From NCBI GenBank assembly GCA_022573815.1, contig JACZTG010000001.1:859-64858 (forward strand): DNA of 64,000 nt, given 5' to 3'. A model generated the notes under the pieces. It saw nothing but the letters and a program-made list of their open reading frames with translations, had not been told where the DNA came from and searched no databases. Made by a program: the position numbers and the translations under genes. Positions 47,426 through 58,052 of this stretch are shown in pieces. Within the stretch, counting starts at the first letter, position 1; the number at the start of each line of letters is the position of its first letter. Source of the DNA: Fidelibacterota bacterium (GTDB taxonomy: Bacteria; Fidelibacterota; SORT01).

Positions 47426-47468
47426 ATTCGCCGCCTCCGTAAAAAAATCGGGCGGCGATTTATTTTAA
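47426..47468 (+). terminator. Rho-independent terminator after rplS (tcgccgcc-loop-ggcggcga + T-run)
   Basis: Read directly from the sequence. Confidence 0.55.
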
Positions 47469-47486
47469 AGGAATAAGAAAAGAGAG

Positions 47487-48674
47487 ATGGAAGACAAAAA
47501 ATTAAATTCGGATGAAAGAAAAACAATGGCTTTTGCGTCAACGGCGCATGCTCTTGTCCATTCGTTTATGCTTATATTTCCGGCTGTAATGCTTCCCGTT
47601 ATGAAAGAGTTTGACTTAACGAGTACCGATGCGGGATTTCTTGTTACGTTTTCATACCTGATGTTCGGGCTCGGAGCGATTCCGGCGGGATGGCTCACCG
47701 ATCATTTCGGTTCAAGAGGATTAATCGTGATATGTCTAATCGGCTCCGGCTTATCCTCAATTTTCATTGGAACGTCAGAGGATTATTTTCAGCTTGCCGC
47801 AGGACTGCTCTCTCTCGGCGCGTTCACAAGTATTTATCACCCGGCAGGTCTTGCATTGATATCAAGGAGAATTAGAAACAGACCTCGCGCTCTCGGGTAT
47901 CACGGAATATTCGGCAATTTAGGTTTAGCGGGAGCCCCTTTCGCAGCGGGAATTATTTCGAGTATCGGTCAATGGCGCGACGCCTATCTTCTGTTTGGTA
48001 TTATTTCTATAGTCGCAGCATCATATTTTCTTATTCGACCTGTCTCCGAACGCAAGATAGACGACAGTGGCGAAAACAGAGGCGAAGTTAAAACCAAGTT
48101 CCGCGAGGTAATCATATTATTTATGACAACTGTGATATTCGGGTTTATCTATCGCGGCGCATTGACGTTTATGCCGTATCTGTTTACCCATAACGTAACA
48201 CAGTGGACAGCTGTTGACCCTATCGTTATCGGAGGAAGTGTAACGGCGGCAGCGCTTCTTGTTGGTATATTCGGTCAATGGTTCGGAGGCAGGGTGGCGG
48301 AGAAATATTCGCTGACCTTCATTTTGACAATAATCTGGGCGGCGCTTATTCCGGCGCTCCTGCTAATGGGAACATTTGAACAATACCTGCTCATTGGTAC
48401 CGCATTCATATTCACAATATTCATATTCGCTTCCCAGCCTGTGGGGAATACGCTGCTTGCGACATACATCGCAATGAAAAGCAAAGGAATGGGTTACGGA
48501 TTGAACATAGCCATAGGTTTCGGAATCGGTTCTTTTGCTGCTCCCGTCTGCGGCTACATCGCGGAGAAGACTTCAGCAGGGGGAGTATTTATTTTCTTAG
48601 GTCTGCTTGCTCCTATAGGATTGGGATTGTCGCTATGGCTTAACCGGATTGAAAGAAAAAAATTGGTTGCCTGA
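47487..48674 (+). CDS. MFS-family transporter
   Basis: 395 aa. It has about 12 hydrophobic segments and an MFS-like loop 2-3 region. Confidence 0.6.
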   Translation: MEDKKLNSDERKTMAFASTAHALVHSFMLIFPAVMLPVMKEFDLTSTDAGFLVTFSYLMFGLGAIPAGWLTDHFGSRGLIVICLIGSGLSSIFIGTSEDYFQLAAGLLSLGAFTSIYHPAGLALISRRIRNRPRALGYHGIFGNLGLAGAPFAAGIISSIGQWRDAYLLFGIISIVAASYFLIRPVSERKIDDSGENRGEVKTKFREVIILFMTTVIFGFIYRGALTFMPYLFTHNVTQWTAVDPIVIGGSVTAAALLVGIFGQWFGGRVAEKYSLTFILTIIWAALIPALLLMGTFEQYLLIGTAFIFTIFIFASQPVGNTLLATYIAMKSKGMGYGLNIAIGFGIGSFAAPVCGYIAEKTSAGGVFIFLGLLAPIGLGLSLWLNRIERKKLVA

Positions 48675-48793
48675 TAACGAACTTTCGCGAAGTAGGGAAG
48701 TTATTCGCAGATGCTGAAACAAGAATTTCCACTATTGACTAATCTTATGAATATCAATATCTTTATTAGCTGTTATATAGTGTTTGTTATCAT

Positions 48794-50209
48794 ATGAATA
48801 GTAAAGACATCATTCAAAACAATTTGAAAAATCTTCCGTCGGTTGACTTGGTTTTGTCTCAGCAGGTACTTGCCGGACTTAAACTGCCCCACGAATTGAT
48901 ATTATCGGAAATTCAACGGCTGATAGCGGTTGAACGTGATAAGATGATGGATGATGGAGAAACGATTGAAGCAACAAAGGAATCATTGGCGAAAGAGCTA
49001 GCCGCAGAAGCTTCCAAGACACTTCGCAGAAATTATCTGCCGAGCCTTCGAAAGGTCATCAATGCCACCGGAGTTATCCTGCATACCAATTTAGGAAGGG
49101 CGCCCCTGTCTAAGAGCGTTGCGAAACGTGTGAGCGAAATTGCAGGAGGTTACACTAATCTTGAAATAGACCTCGAAAGCGGGAAACGTTCGGACCGGAC
49201 GCTGCATATTGAGCGATTACTCACATCGCTCACAGGTGGAGAATCCGCGGCTATAGTGAATAATAATGCTGCGGCTGTATTGCTTTCTATAAACTCTTTA
49301 GCGTATAAAAAAGAATGTATAGTCTCACGCGGTCAGCTGGTGGAGATTGGCGGGTCGTTCCGAATGCCTGATGTAATGGAGAGAGCCGGAACCCGAATGA
49401 TAGAGGTAGGCACCACAAATCGTACTCATCTGAAAGATTTCAAGAATGCTGTAAATGACGAGACAGGCGCCATTATCTTGGTTCATACAAGCAATTATAA
49501 GATAACAGGTTTTACCAATTTCCCGAGTCATTCGGAAATTGTCAATATAGCGCACGAGAATTCGATTCCGGTTATATACGATCTGGGAAGCGGCGCATTA
49601 ACGGATTTAAGCAGTTTCGGCCTGCCTCCGGAGGAACTCGTTTCTTCAGTTCTTAAATCGGGAGTGGATGTTGTTACATTCTCAGGCGATAAATTGCTTG
49701 GAGGACCGCAGGCGGGACTTTTGGTCGGCTCCACGAATGTGATAAAGAAGTGTAAAGAAAATCCGATGATGCGAGTCCTTCGATGTGATAAAATCACGCT
49801 TACCGCAATGGAAGAAACTCTGAAACTATTTGCCGACACGGAATCATTATCGGATAATCACGCAGTCTATTCACTTTTTTCTAAGACTATAGAAGCCTTA
49901 ACCGGAAGAGCGGAGAAAATTGTCGCTGATTCAGAAGGAAAAATTGACGAAGAATATACTTTGGAAATCGTCAGCGTTACGGGAGAAGCGGGCAGCGGCT
50001 CGCTTCCTGTTGCGGAGCTTCCAAGCATGGCAATCAGAATTCAATCCGAATCTAAAAGTATGAATAAAACTGCCCATAATTTCAGATCACTTGCTGTTCC
50101 CGTCATCGGTTACATCAAGGAGAACGCATTTTATCTTGATATGAGAACTCTGCTTGAAGAAGATATTGACTTACTTTCCAAATCAATAAAAGAGGTTTTG
50201 GGTAAATAA
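48794..50209 (+). CDS. selA: L-seryl-tRNA(Sec) selenium transferase
   Basis: The N-terminus is LPSVDLVL and [17 protein letters not shown] holds the PLP-Lys region. 471 aa, directly followed by selB. Confidence 0.8.
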   Translation: MNSKDIIQNNLKNLPSVDLVLSQQVLAGLKLPHELILSEIQRLIAVERDKMMDDGETIEATKESLAKELAAEASKTLRRNYLPSLRKVINATGVILHTNLGRAPLSKSVAKRVSEIAGGYTNLEIDLESGKRSDRTLHIERLLTSLTGGESAAIVNNNAAAVLLSINSLAYKKECIVSRGQLVEIGGSFRMPDVMERAGTRMIEVGTTNRTHLKDFKNAVNDETGAIILVHTSNYKITGFTNFPSHSEIVNIAHENSIPVIYDLGSGALTDLSSFGLPPEELVSSVLKSGVDVVTFSGDKLLGGPQAGLLVGSTNVIKKCKENPMMRVLRCDKITLTAMEETLKLFADTESLSDNHAVYSLFSKTIEALTGRAEKIVADSEGKIDEEYTLEIVSVTGEAGSGSLPVAELPSMAIRIQSESKSMNKTAHNFRSLAVPVIGYIKENAFYLDMRTLLEEDIDLLSKSIKEVLGK

Positions 50210-52089
50210 TGAGCCACATTGTAATTGGAACAGCAGGACACATAGACCACGGTAAGACGGCGTTGGTCAAAGCGCTCACCGGAACCGATACCGACAGGCT
50301 TCCCGAAGAAAAATCCCGCGGCGTGACGATAGATATCGGGTTTGCGTTTCTTGGCGATAATATTACAATAATTGACGTGCCGGGGCATGAACGATTCATT
50401 AAGAATATGGTTACGGGAATCTCGTCAATTTCATATGTGATTTTAGTGATTGCGGCGGATGATGGAGTTATGCCGCAGACTCGAGAACACTTGGATATAC
50501 TTGATATTTTAGGTGTAAAAGATGGGTGCGTTGTACTGAATAAAACCGATCTTGTGAAGCCCGATTGGCTTGAATTAGTGGAAGCAGACGTGAAAAAACT
50601 TCTGAGAGGGACATTTCTTGAAAATGCAATGATATTAAAAGCGTCATCTGTAAATGGCAACGGCATAGAGGATATTAAGAAACACTTAAAGGACATTATA
50701 TCTAATAAAAGGGATAATATTGATAGAGGCTACTTCCGTTTACCGGTCGATCGCGCTTTTTCAGTTAAAGGATTCGGAACGGTTGTGACAGGAACGGTCA
50801 TATCCGGTTCAGTGAAAAAGGGTGACCTGCTCGATGCGCTCCCCGGCGGCTTAGAAGTGAAAGTACGCGGCATTCAAAAACATAATCGTGACGCAGAATC
50901 AGCCGAGATCGGAGAGAGAGCTGCGCTCAATCTTTCAGGTGTCAACCTGACCGAAGTGGGAAGGGGTCACCATCTGTCAGAAAAAGGATATTTGCGTTCT
51001 ACATCACTCTTGGAAGCAAATATTGAACTCCTTAAAAACGCTCCTAAAAAGTTAAGTAATCGGACTCGAGTGCGCTTGCATCTTGGAACCGGAGAAGTGA
51101 TGGGCAGGCTGTCAATTTTTGGCGGAAAAGATATTGAGCCGGGCGAGAGCGGATTGGTTCAAATATTCCTCGAAAAGGAATCGGCTGTCGCTGTGGCAGA
51201 CAAATTCATTATGAGAAGGTATTCGCCTTCTTTAACAATCGGCGGTGGAAAGGTTCTTCAAATCTCCAACAAAAGGTATAAGAGAAATGATGAACATATT
51301 CAGAATATTCTGTCTCAGTTAAATGAAGGGGACGAACTGAAGTCCGCAGAGCTTATCGCAAGGGAATGCCGCCAAAGCGGAATCAACGCAAAAGAGCTGG
51401 GAATAAAATTGGGCGTTTCCTCAACTCTTGGGTTGAGCTTACTAAAAGATCTGTCGAAATCGGGAAAGTTGGTGGTTTTGGAGAATGAATCAAAAGAGAG
51501 ATATTATTCTCCTGAAATGCTTGATGATCTGAAAGACCGATTAAGTGAGCAAATTGATTCATTATTCAAGAAAAATCCGTTATCGGGCGGTATAAAGAGC
51601 GTTGAGATAAAAGAACAGTTGGCATTACCAAACAAAGTGTTCGAGCATATCGTTGGACAGCTTATAAGTGAAAATAAAATTGCGAAAAGTGGTGATCTGA
51701 TTTCGAGAGTAGAAAATGGTGATGAAAAATCTGATAAAGAAACCGAAGAATTAGAAAAAGTCTTAATGTCGCGCAGCTACAATGCGTTCACTACGGAAGA
51801 ACTGTCCGAGAAAATAGATAGAGATAAAAAAGAGACTTTTCAGCTGGTCAAACGGCTTATATCTAACGGAAAAGCGATCAGACTTGACGGTGATTATTTC
51901 CTTCATACAGACCTTCTTGAGAATCTCAAAGAGAAAGTTGACAAACACTTTGAAGATAACGATGAACTAACAGTGTCTGACCTGAAACAACTAGCTGATG
52001 TATCAAGGAAATTCGCTATTCCGCTGTTGCTCTGGTTAGATGACAACGAGGTAACCCGACGCGATGGAAATATAAGGATAAAAGCCTGA
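50209..52089 (+). CDS. selB: Selenocysteine-specific elongation factor SelB
   Basis: [20 protein letters not shown] is the G-domain, followed by a long C-terminal winged-helix extension. 626 aa. Confidence 0.85.
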   Translation: MSHIVIGTAGHIDHGKTALVKALTGTDTDRLPEEKSRGVTIDIGFAFLGDNITIIDVPGHERFIKNMVTGISSISYVILVIAADDGVMPQTREHLDILDILGVKDGCVVLNKTDLVKPDWLELVEADVKKLLRGTFLENAMILKASSVNGNGIEDIKKHLKDIISNKRDNIDRGYFRLPVDRAFSVKGFGTVVTGTVISGSVKKGDLLDALPGGLEVKVRGIQKHNRDAESAEIGERAALNLSGVNLTEVGRGHHLSEKGYLRSTSLLEANIELLKNAPKKLSNRTRVRLHLGTGEVMGRLSIFGGKDIEPGESGLVQIFLEKESAVAVADKFIMRRYSPSLTIGGGKVLQISNKRYKRNDEHIQNILSQLNEGDELKSAELIARECRQSGINAKELGIKLGVSSTLGLSLLKDLSKSGKLVVLENESKERYYSPEMLDDLKDRLSEQIDSLFKKNPLSGGIKSVEIKEQLALPNKVFEHIVGQLISENKIAKSGDLISRVENGDEKSDKETEELEKVLMSRSYNAFTTEELSEKIDRDKKETFQLVKRLISNGKAIRLDGDYFLHTDLLENLKEKVDKHFEDNDELTVSDLKQLADVSRKFAIPLLLWLDDNEVTRRDGNIRIKA

Positions 52090-52090
52090 T

Positions 52091-54700
52091 ATGACATCGA
52101 ATATAATTGCTGAATCTACGCCTCTAATGCGGCAATATTCGAAAATCAAAGCCGCACACCCGGATTCCATCCTTCTCTACAGGATGGGGGATTTCTACGA
52201 GACATTTGAAGAAGACGCAAAAATCACCGCAAAGGTGTTGGGAATTACGCTTACCGCCCGCGCCAACGGTAAAGCCGGAAAGGTTGCTCTCGCCGGATTC
52301 CCATGGCACTCGCTTGATTCACATCTGTACAAATTGATTAATAGCGGTTACAAAGTGGCGATTTGTGAACAGGTGGAAGACCCGGCTGCTGCTAAGGGGA
52401 TAGTAAAAAGAGAAGTGGTGGAAGTAGTTACTCCCGGTTCCGCCGTTTCTGATAAGATGCTTGATGAAGGAAGAAATAATTATATTGCGGCTGTCACTAT
52501 AATGGAAAACGAGGTAGGGCTCGCATGGGCAGACGCTTCCACAGGTGCGTTTAAGGTTTGTGAGCTGGACTTGATGTCTTTGAAAGAAAAACTCCGGGCT
52601 ATCGAACCTTCGGAGATTTTAATCCAGGATTCTGTGGAGGACGATAAAGATGAGTTTCTTCCTGAGTCGCGAAGAGCTATGGTTTCCACGGTGGAAGATT
52701 GGGTATTCTCCTACGATTACGGCTATGAACTGCTGACAGGGCATTTTAATACTAAAAATCTGAAAGGCTACGGAATTGAATCTTTGCGTCTTGGGGTTCA
52801 AAGCGCCGGCGCTCTGCTGCACTATCTTGATCTGAATCATAAAGAAAGCTTACGGCATTTCACTACTATCTCCCTTCACAGTGATGATATGTACATGGGA
52901 CTTGACCAAACGACAGTTCGAAATTTAGAAATGTTCGAACCGTTGATGCAGGGAATTGAGCGCAGTTGTCTGCTTGACGTGTTAAACAGGACTAAAACAG
53001 CAATGGGCTCTCGATTGTTGCGAAGCTGGCTTCGGAATCCGCTTTCGCAAGCAGATGAAATTGATAAACGGTTAAACGTGATTGAAGCATTTTTTTCAGG
53101 AGGCGGCAAGCGGGAAGAGGTAAGAACCCTTTTAGGAAATATGAATGATATTGAGCGGTTGCTGTCGAGATTATCCTCAGGAAGGGCAATTCCCCGAGAC
53201 CTTTACGGTCTGAGGGTCAGCCTTGAATTGCTGCCTTCATTCAAAAAGCTGTTAGGAGAATTTAATAATGATTCAATAAATAAAATAGCAGCCGAATTTA
53301 CAGATATGGATCCCATCACAAATCTTATCAAAGAATCCCTGCGGGATGATCCGCCGGCATCGAAAACTGATGGGGGATATATAAAAGAGGGTTTTAATTC
53401 TGAACTTGACGACCTGCGTAAAATTTCTTCTTCAGGAAAAGACTGGATAGCCTCTATGCAGGAAAAAGAACGGGTGCGGCTCGGAATCCCGTCCTTGAAA
53501 GTCGGTTATAATAAAATTTTCGGTTATTTTCTCGAAGTGACTAAACCGCATGTTCATAAAGTTCCGGAAGATTTTATCCGAAAACAAACTCTCGTGAATT
53601 CCGAACGGTATATAACTCCCGACTTAAAGGAGTATGAAGAGAAAGTGTTGGGCGCGGAAGAGAAAATAAAGGCGTTGGAGCTGAAATTATTTGATGAAGT
53701 ACGCGATAAAGTTTTAGGGTACGCCGGTGAAATCCAATGGAATGCCGATGTTATAGCCCGCTTGGATGTTCTTTCCTCGTTGGGACTCATAGCGGAGAGT
53801 GAAAATTGGGTTCGCCCTGTTCTTGATGATTCTCTACGAATCGTTATCAAGGACGGGAGACATCCGGTAGTGGAATATTTAATGCCTCCGGGCGAATCGT
53901 TCATACCAAACGATCTCGAAATAGATAACAGTGAGCGACAAATTCTTATTGTGACAGGTCCTAATATGGCAGGGAAGTCCACTTATCTCAGGCAGATAGC
54001 GGTGATAATTCTAATGGCGCAAATGGGAAGTTTTGTGCCCGCAAGCGAAGCGAAAATCGGAATGGTAGATAAGCTCTTCACACGGGTGGGAGCATCGGAT
54101 AATTTAGCGGGCGGGGAGAGCACATTTCTTGTTGAGATGAACGAAACGGCAAATATATTGAATAACGCCACCGTTCGCAGCCTTATCCTGCTGGACGAAA
54201 TTGGACGAGGCACAAGCACTTATGACGGATTATCCATTGCCTGGGCTGTGACAGAATATCTTCATAACAATTCTTCTGTAGCGGCTAAAACCATATTCGC
54301 TACACACTATCACGAACTTGCCGAGCTTGAGGAACTGCTTCCGAGGGTATTCAATCTAAACGTTGCGGTAAAGGAATATGGAGACAAGATAGTGTTTCTG
54401 CGGAAAATAATTGAAGGCAGCGCCGACCACAGCTACGGTATTCAGGTGGCTCAGCTGGCGGGACTGCCGCAGACAGTTATCGAACGGGCAAAAGAAGTAT
54501 TGTGGTCGCTTGAGACTCAATATACCACTCTCCAAAGAAAGCGGGTAAAAAAAGAGGATGTTTCAAAATATCAAATTGGTATATTCGATGAGAAGGAAGC
54601 GAAGTTCAAAGCCGAGTTGAAAGCTGTGGATATTGATAATATGACACCATTGGAAGCGATGGCAAAACTAAATGATTTGAAAAAGAAATGGGGATTATGA
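52091..54700 (+). CDS. mutS: DNA mismatch repair protein MutS
   Basis: The N-terminal TPLMRQYSKIKAAHPDSILLYRMGDFYE region and the Walker A TGPNMAGKST. 869 aa. Confidence 0.9.
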   Translation: MTSNIIAESTPLMRQYSKIKAAHPDSILLYRMGDFYETFEEDAKITAKVLGITLTARANGKAGKVALAGFPWHSLDSHLYKLINSGYKVAICEQVEDPAAAKGIVKREVVEVVTPGSAVSDKMLDEGRNNYIAAVTIMENEVGLAWADASTGAFKVCELDLMSLKEKLRAIEPSEILIQDSVEDDKDEFLPESRRAMVSTVEDWVFSYDYGYELLTGHFNTKNLKGYGIESLRLGVQSAGALLHYLDLNHKESLRHFTTISLHSDDMYMGLDQTTVRNLEMFEPLMQGIERSCLLDVLNRTKTAMGSRLLRSWLRNPLSQADEIDKRLNVIEAFFSGGGKREEVRTLLGNMNDIERLLSRLSSGRAIPRDLYGLRVSLELLPSFKKLLGEFNNDSINKIAAEFTDMDPITNLIKESLRDDPPASKTDGGYIKEGFNSELDDLRKISSSGKDWIASMQEKERVRLGIPSLKVGYNKIFGYFLEVTKPHVHKVPEDFIRKQTLVNSERYITPDLKEYEEKVLGAEEKIKALELKLFDEVRDKVLGYAGEIQWNADVIARLDVLSSLGLIAESENWVRPVLDDSLRIVIKDGRHPVVEYLMPPGESFIPNDLEIDNSERQILIVTGPNMAGKSTYLRQIAVIILMAQMGSFVPASEAKIGMVDKLFTRVGASDNLAGGESTFLVEMNETANILNNATVRSLILLDEIGRGTSTYDGLSIAWAVTEYLHNNSSVAAKTIFATHYHELAELEELLPRVFNLNVAVKEYGDKIVFLRKIIEGSADHSYGIQVAQLAGLPQTVIERAKEVLWSLETQYTTLQRKRVKKEDVSKYQIGIFDEKEAKFKAELKAVDIDNMTPLEAMAKLNDLKKKWGL

Positions 54701-54737
54701 TATTATCAGGGAACCGTTTACGAGTTAAATCGTAAAA

Positions 54738-55832
54738 ATGGCATCAGGTATGTATTTGAAATTTAAAAATATAACTCCAATTGTATTAACATTAATTATT
54801 TTGTCGATACCAACTTCGGCAATACCGCAGAGCGTAGCAAAATATGCGGGAGAGTTCATTTCAACTGGTGTGGGAGCGCGCGCTCTCGGTATGGGAGGCG
54901 CATTCGTTAGCGTTGTGGACGATGTGACGGCGGGATATTGGAATGCTGCCGGTCTTTCAGAGATTAGATATCAACAAGCGGCAGCAATGCATTCGGAGCG
55001 GTTTGCGGGAATCGTTACCTATGATTACGCAGCTTACGCCCGGCCTTATGGCAACGACAGAACAATCGGTTTCAGTATGATACGGCTCGGTGTTGACGGC
55101 ATTTCAAATACCACGAACGCACTTCTTGATTATGGTACAGACGGAATTCCCGGTACTGACGATCCTGACGGAACGGAGGGGAATGGCCAGTTAGATGAAG
55201 GAGAAAGGCTGAACGAGGATGCTATAACGAAGTTTGGAGATTCGGAATGGGCGTTCTATGTTTCGTATGGAAGGCAATTAACTTCCCGGTTTTCTTACGG
55301 TGGAAGTGTGAAGTTTATTAGAAAAGCATTTGCGAACCATTCAGCCAACGGTCTGGGATTTGACGTTGCCTTCAAATACCGCTTTCGCGATAATATCTTT
55401 ATTGGAGCAAATTTTCAGGATGTAACTACCACGCTTCTCGCATGGGATACAGGCACAAAAGAGCTAATTTCTCCCACTCTTCGTTCAGGAATATCTACCC
55501 GACTTGAAATCCCGTTTACAAACAGCGCATGGATAATGCCGGCTATTGAGATAGTTACGCGAACTGACGGAGACAGACCATACTCGGATGGGATTAGTCT
55601 GGGTTCGGCCTTTAGCTCGCTTACGTTTGGGGCGGAACTGCATCTGAACGACCGACTCGTGCTGCGAGCGGGCAGAGGCGAAGTAGAGCCGTTCAGCGCG
55701 GGAATGGGAATAAAAGTAAGAGGCGCCATGGTTGATTACTCATTCGGGTCTGTCGGCTCTCAGGAAAATCTCGGTGACACGCACCGTGTCTCATTGATGG
55801 TGGATTTCAACAGCAGTCTTTGGGTTCGATAA
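54738..55832 (+). CDS. Putative FadL/PorV-like outer-membrane beta-barrel protein
   Basis: Signal peptide. GVGARALGMGGAFVSVVDDVTAGYWNAAGLS follows the FadL-family N-terminal pattern GxGxRAxxGxGA...NPAxL. This is a weak call. Confidence 0.35.
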   Translation: MASGMYLKFKNITPIVLTLIILSIPTSAIPQSVAKYAGEFISTGVGARALGMGGAFVSVVDDVTAGYWNAAGLSEIRYQQAAAMHSERFAGIVTYDYAAYARPYGNDRTIGFSMIRLGVDGISNTTNALLDYGTDGIPGTDDPDGTEGNGQLDEGERLNEDAITKFGDSEWAFYVSYGRQLTSRFSYGGSVKFIRKAFANHSANGLGFDVAFKYRFRDNIFIGANFQDVTTTLLAWDTGTKELISPTLRSGISTRLEIPFTNSAWIMPAIEIVTRTDGDRPYSDGISLGSAFSSLTFGAELHLNDRLVLRAGRGEVEPFSAGMGIKVRGAMVDYSFGSVGSQENLGDTHRVSLMVDFNSSLWVR

Positions 55833-55946
55833 AACAAATCCGGAACTTATCCGAATCTTCTTCGTTAAGACTTGAATATTCGTCTCTGTTTGCATAGATT
55901 TATCATATTAATAATCAATTGGAATTTAATAATTCAGAGGATAATT

Positions 55947-57992
55947 ATGAAAAATTATAGAACAGCTCTGGCAGTGCTAATGTCGGTTATGGTACTGTTT
56001 ATCTCCTGCTCAAAAAGGGATTCAAACAACATGACTGAAAAGAAGTATTTCTTAGAAAAAGTCAGAAACGTTCTTGTAGTTCAGGCATACGCTGATGAAT
56101 TTAAGGAATTAAGTCTGAAAGAAAAAATGCTCGCATGGCATCTATATCGCTCTTCAATCGCGGGCAGAAATATCTATTATGACCAAAACCACAAATACGG
56201 ATTGAAGATCAGAAATATTCTTGAAGGAGTTATTGAAAATGGGGACGGTATTGATGAAAATCTGTATGCGAGCGTCTTGGAATACACTAAAATGTTCTGG
56301 ATAAATAATGGACAGTATGATAATCTCACAGCAAAAAAGTTTGTTCCTAATTTCAACTATCTGGACTTTTCCAAAGCAGTGAATAGCGCAATGATCAATG
56401 GAGCTGATTTTGGTCTTGGTGAAAATGATAATATCGATGAGGTTTTAAGACACCTCAGACCGTATATTTTTGATAGTGATTTCGAATCGGTCAAAACGAA
56501 TAAAAGCCCGCCGGAAGGGAAAGATATGCTTGAAGCCAGCGCTGTTAATTTCTATGATGGCGTTACTTTGGCTGACTTAGAAGGCTTCGAGGAAATTAAT
56601 CCGCTGAACTCCAAAGTAGTAGTACAGGAAGGGAAATTAAAGGAGCTTGTTTACAGGGCAGGCGGTGATGGAATCGAACCCGGCTTATACGCAGAAGAAC
56701 TCGGTTTGGCGGCGAAAGAACTTGAGGAGGCGGCTGAATACGCTGATCCGGGACAGGCAAATGTCTTGAGGCTTCTGGCTAAATATTTCCGCACAGGAGA
56801 TCTTAAAGACTTCCAGACATATAACATCGCATGGGTGCAGGATAGTTCGTTCTTTGATATTATCAATGGATTTATCGAAGTATATGACGATCCGCGCGCG
56901 CAAAAGGGTTCTTATGAGGCGGTGCTTGAAATGATTGACACTGAAAATTCAAAGCTTATGAAACAATTTGCAAGCAACGCTTTGTATTTCGAAAATAAAG
57001 CTCCCTGGCCCGATGAATATAAAAGGAAGGAAATAAATCCACCGCTGGCTAATGTAATGACAATATTGGTGGAGACAGGAAACGCGGGACCGATTAGTCC
57101 CGGTGGAATTAACTTGCCTAACGAACAATTTATCAGACAGGAATACGGCTCAAAAAGTATATTGCTTGGGAATGTGGTCAAAGCCAGATTGGAAGCGGTG
57201 GCGGGTGAAGAAGTTGATGAATTTCTCTCTTCGGAAGTAGAAAAAGAGATATTAAAGAAATACAGCAATATTGAATACGACTTGAAAGTAGGCATGCATG
57301 AGGTAGTTGGACACGCTTCCGGGAAACAATCCGAATCGCTTGAGGGAGACCCTGCAGAGTATATAAAGGAGTATTACTCCACTCTTGAGGAAGCACGGGC
57401 TGACCTTGTGGCTCTTTGGAATTTCTTTGACGAAAAATTGGTGGAATTGGGTCTAACCCCATCAACGGAAGTTGGAAAGGCAGGCTACATTAAATACGCT
57501 ATGAGCGCTCTTACGCAGCATCGAACTGTTCCGAATGGCGACCAGTACGAGGAAGACCATGACCGGGGAACACAGATGATAGTAGAGTATATTAAAAGAA
57601 ATACGTCCGGTATTGAAGTGATAAAACGGGATGGAAAGACGTATTACAAGGTTGTGGATTTTGAAGAAATGCGCAGAGGTGTGGGTGAAATACTCTCTAA
57701 ATTGATGGTGATTAAGGCTACCGGCGATTATGAAGGAGCCAAAGCTCTGATAGAAGAGTACGGATTAAAGTTTGACACTGCGCTCAGGGATGAAGTTCTT
57801 GAGCGTTCCAGAGCTATTGGACTCACCGACTATACGGCAGTAGTATTCCCCCGACTGACGCCGGTTTACGATGCTGATGGAAATATTGAAGACATCTCAA
57901 TATCCTATCCAAAGGATCTGAAAACCCAGATGCTGGATTTCAAACACTTTTTTGATGAGGAAGAAGAGAAGGATGATGATCCGGTAATGTAG
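55947..57992 (+). CDS. Dipeptidyl-peptidase III (peptidase family M49) lipoprotein
   Basis: HEVVGH is the M49 HExxGH motif and EEARAD is the second Zn-ligand motif (EECRAE-like). The start was set at ATG 55947 (MKNYRTALAVLMSVMVLFISCSK, lipobox). The longest ORF begins at 55872. Confidence 0.65.
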   Translation: MKNYRTALAVLMSVMVLFISCSKRDSNNMTEKKYFLEKVRNVLVVQAYADEFKELSLKEKMLAWHLYRSSIAGRNIYYDQNHKYGLKIRNILEGVIENGDGIDENLYASVLEYTKMFWINNGQYDNLTAKKFVPNFNYLDFSKAVNSAMINGADFGLGENDNIDEVLRHLRPYIFDSDFESVKTNKSPPEGKDMLEASAVNFYDGVTLADLEGFEEINPLNSKVVVQEGKLKELVYRAGGDGIEPGLYAEELGLAAKELEEAAEYADPGQANVLRLLAKYFRTGDLKDFQTYNIAWVQDSSFFDIINGFIEVYDDPRAQKGSYEAVLEMIDTENSKLMKQFASNALYFENKAPWPDEYKRKEINPPLANVMTILVETGNAGPISPGGINLPNEQFIRQEYGSKSILLGNVVKARLEAVAGEEVDEFLSSEVEKEILKKYSNIEYDLKVGMHEVVGHASGKQSESLEGDPAEYIKEYYSTLEEARADLVALWNFFDEKLVELGLTPSTEVGKAGYIKYAMSALTQHRTVPNGDQYEEDHDRGTQMIVEYIKRNTSGIEVIKRDGKTYYKVVDFEEMRRGVGEILSKLMVIKATGDYEGAKALIEEYGLKFDTALRDEVLERSRAIGLTDYTAVVFPRLTPVYDADGNIEDISISYPKDLKTQMLDFKHFFDEEEEKDDDPVM

Positions 57993-58027
57993 AATCCGAT
58001 TTAATCAGATAATTCAGGTTATAGATT

Positions 58028-58052
58028 AAAGCCCGGCTATTGGTCGGGCTTT
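58028..58052. terminator. Short hairpin (aaagcccg-loop-cgggcttt) at the convergent junction of the DPP-III and rqcH-like genes. It overlaps the rqcH-like stop codon.
   Basis: Read directly from the sequence. Confidence 0.3.
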
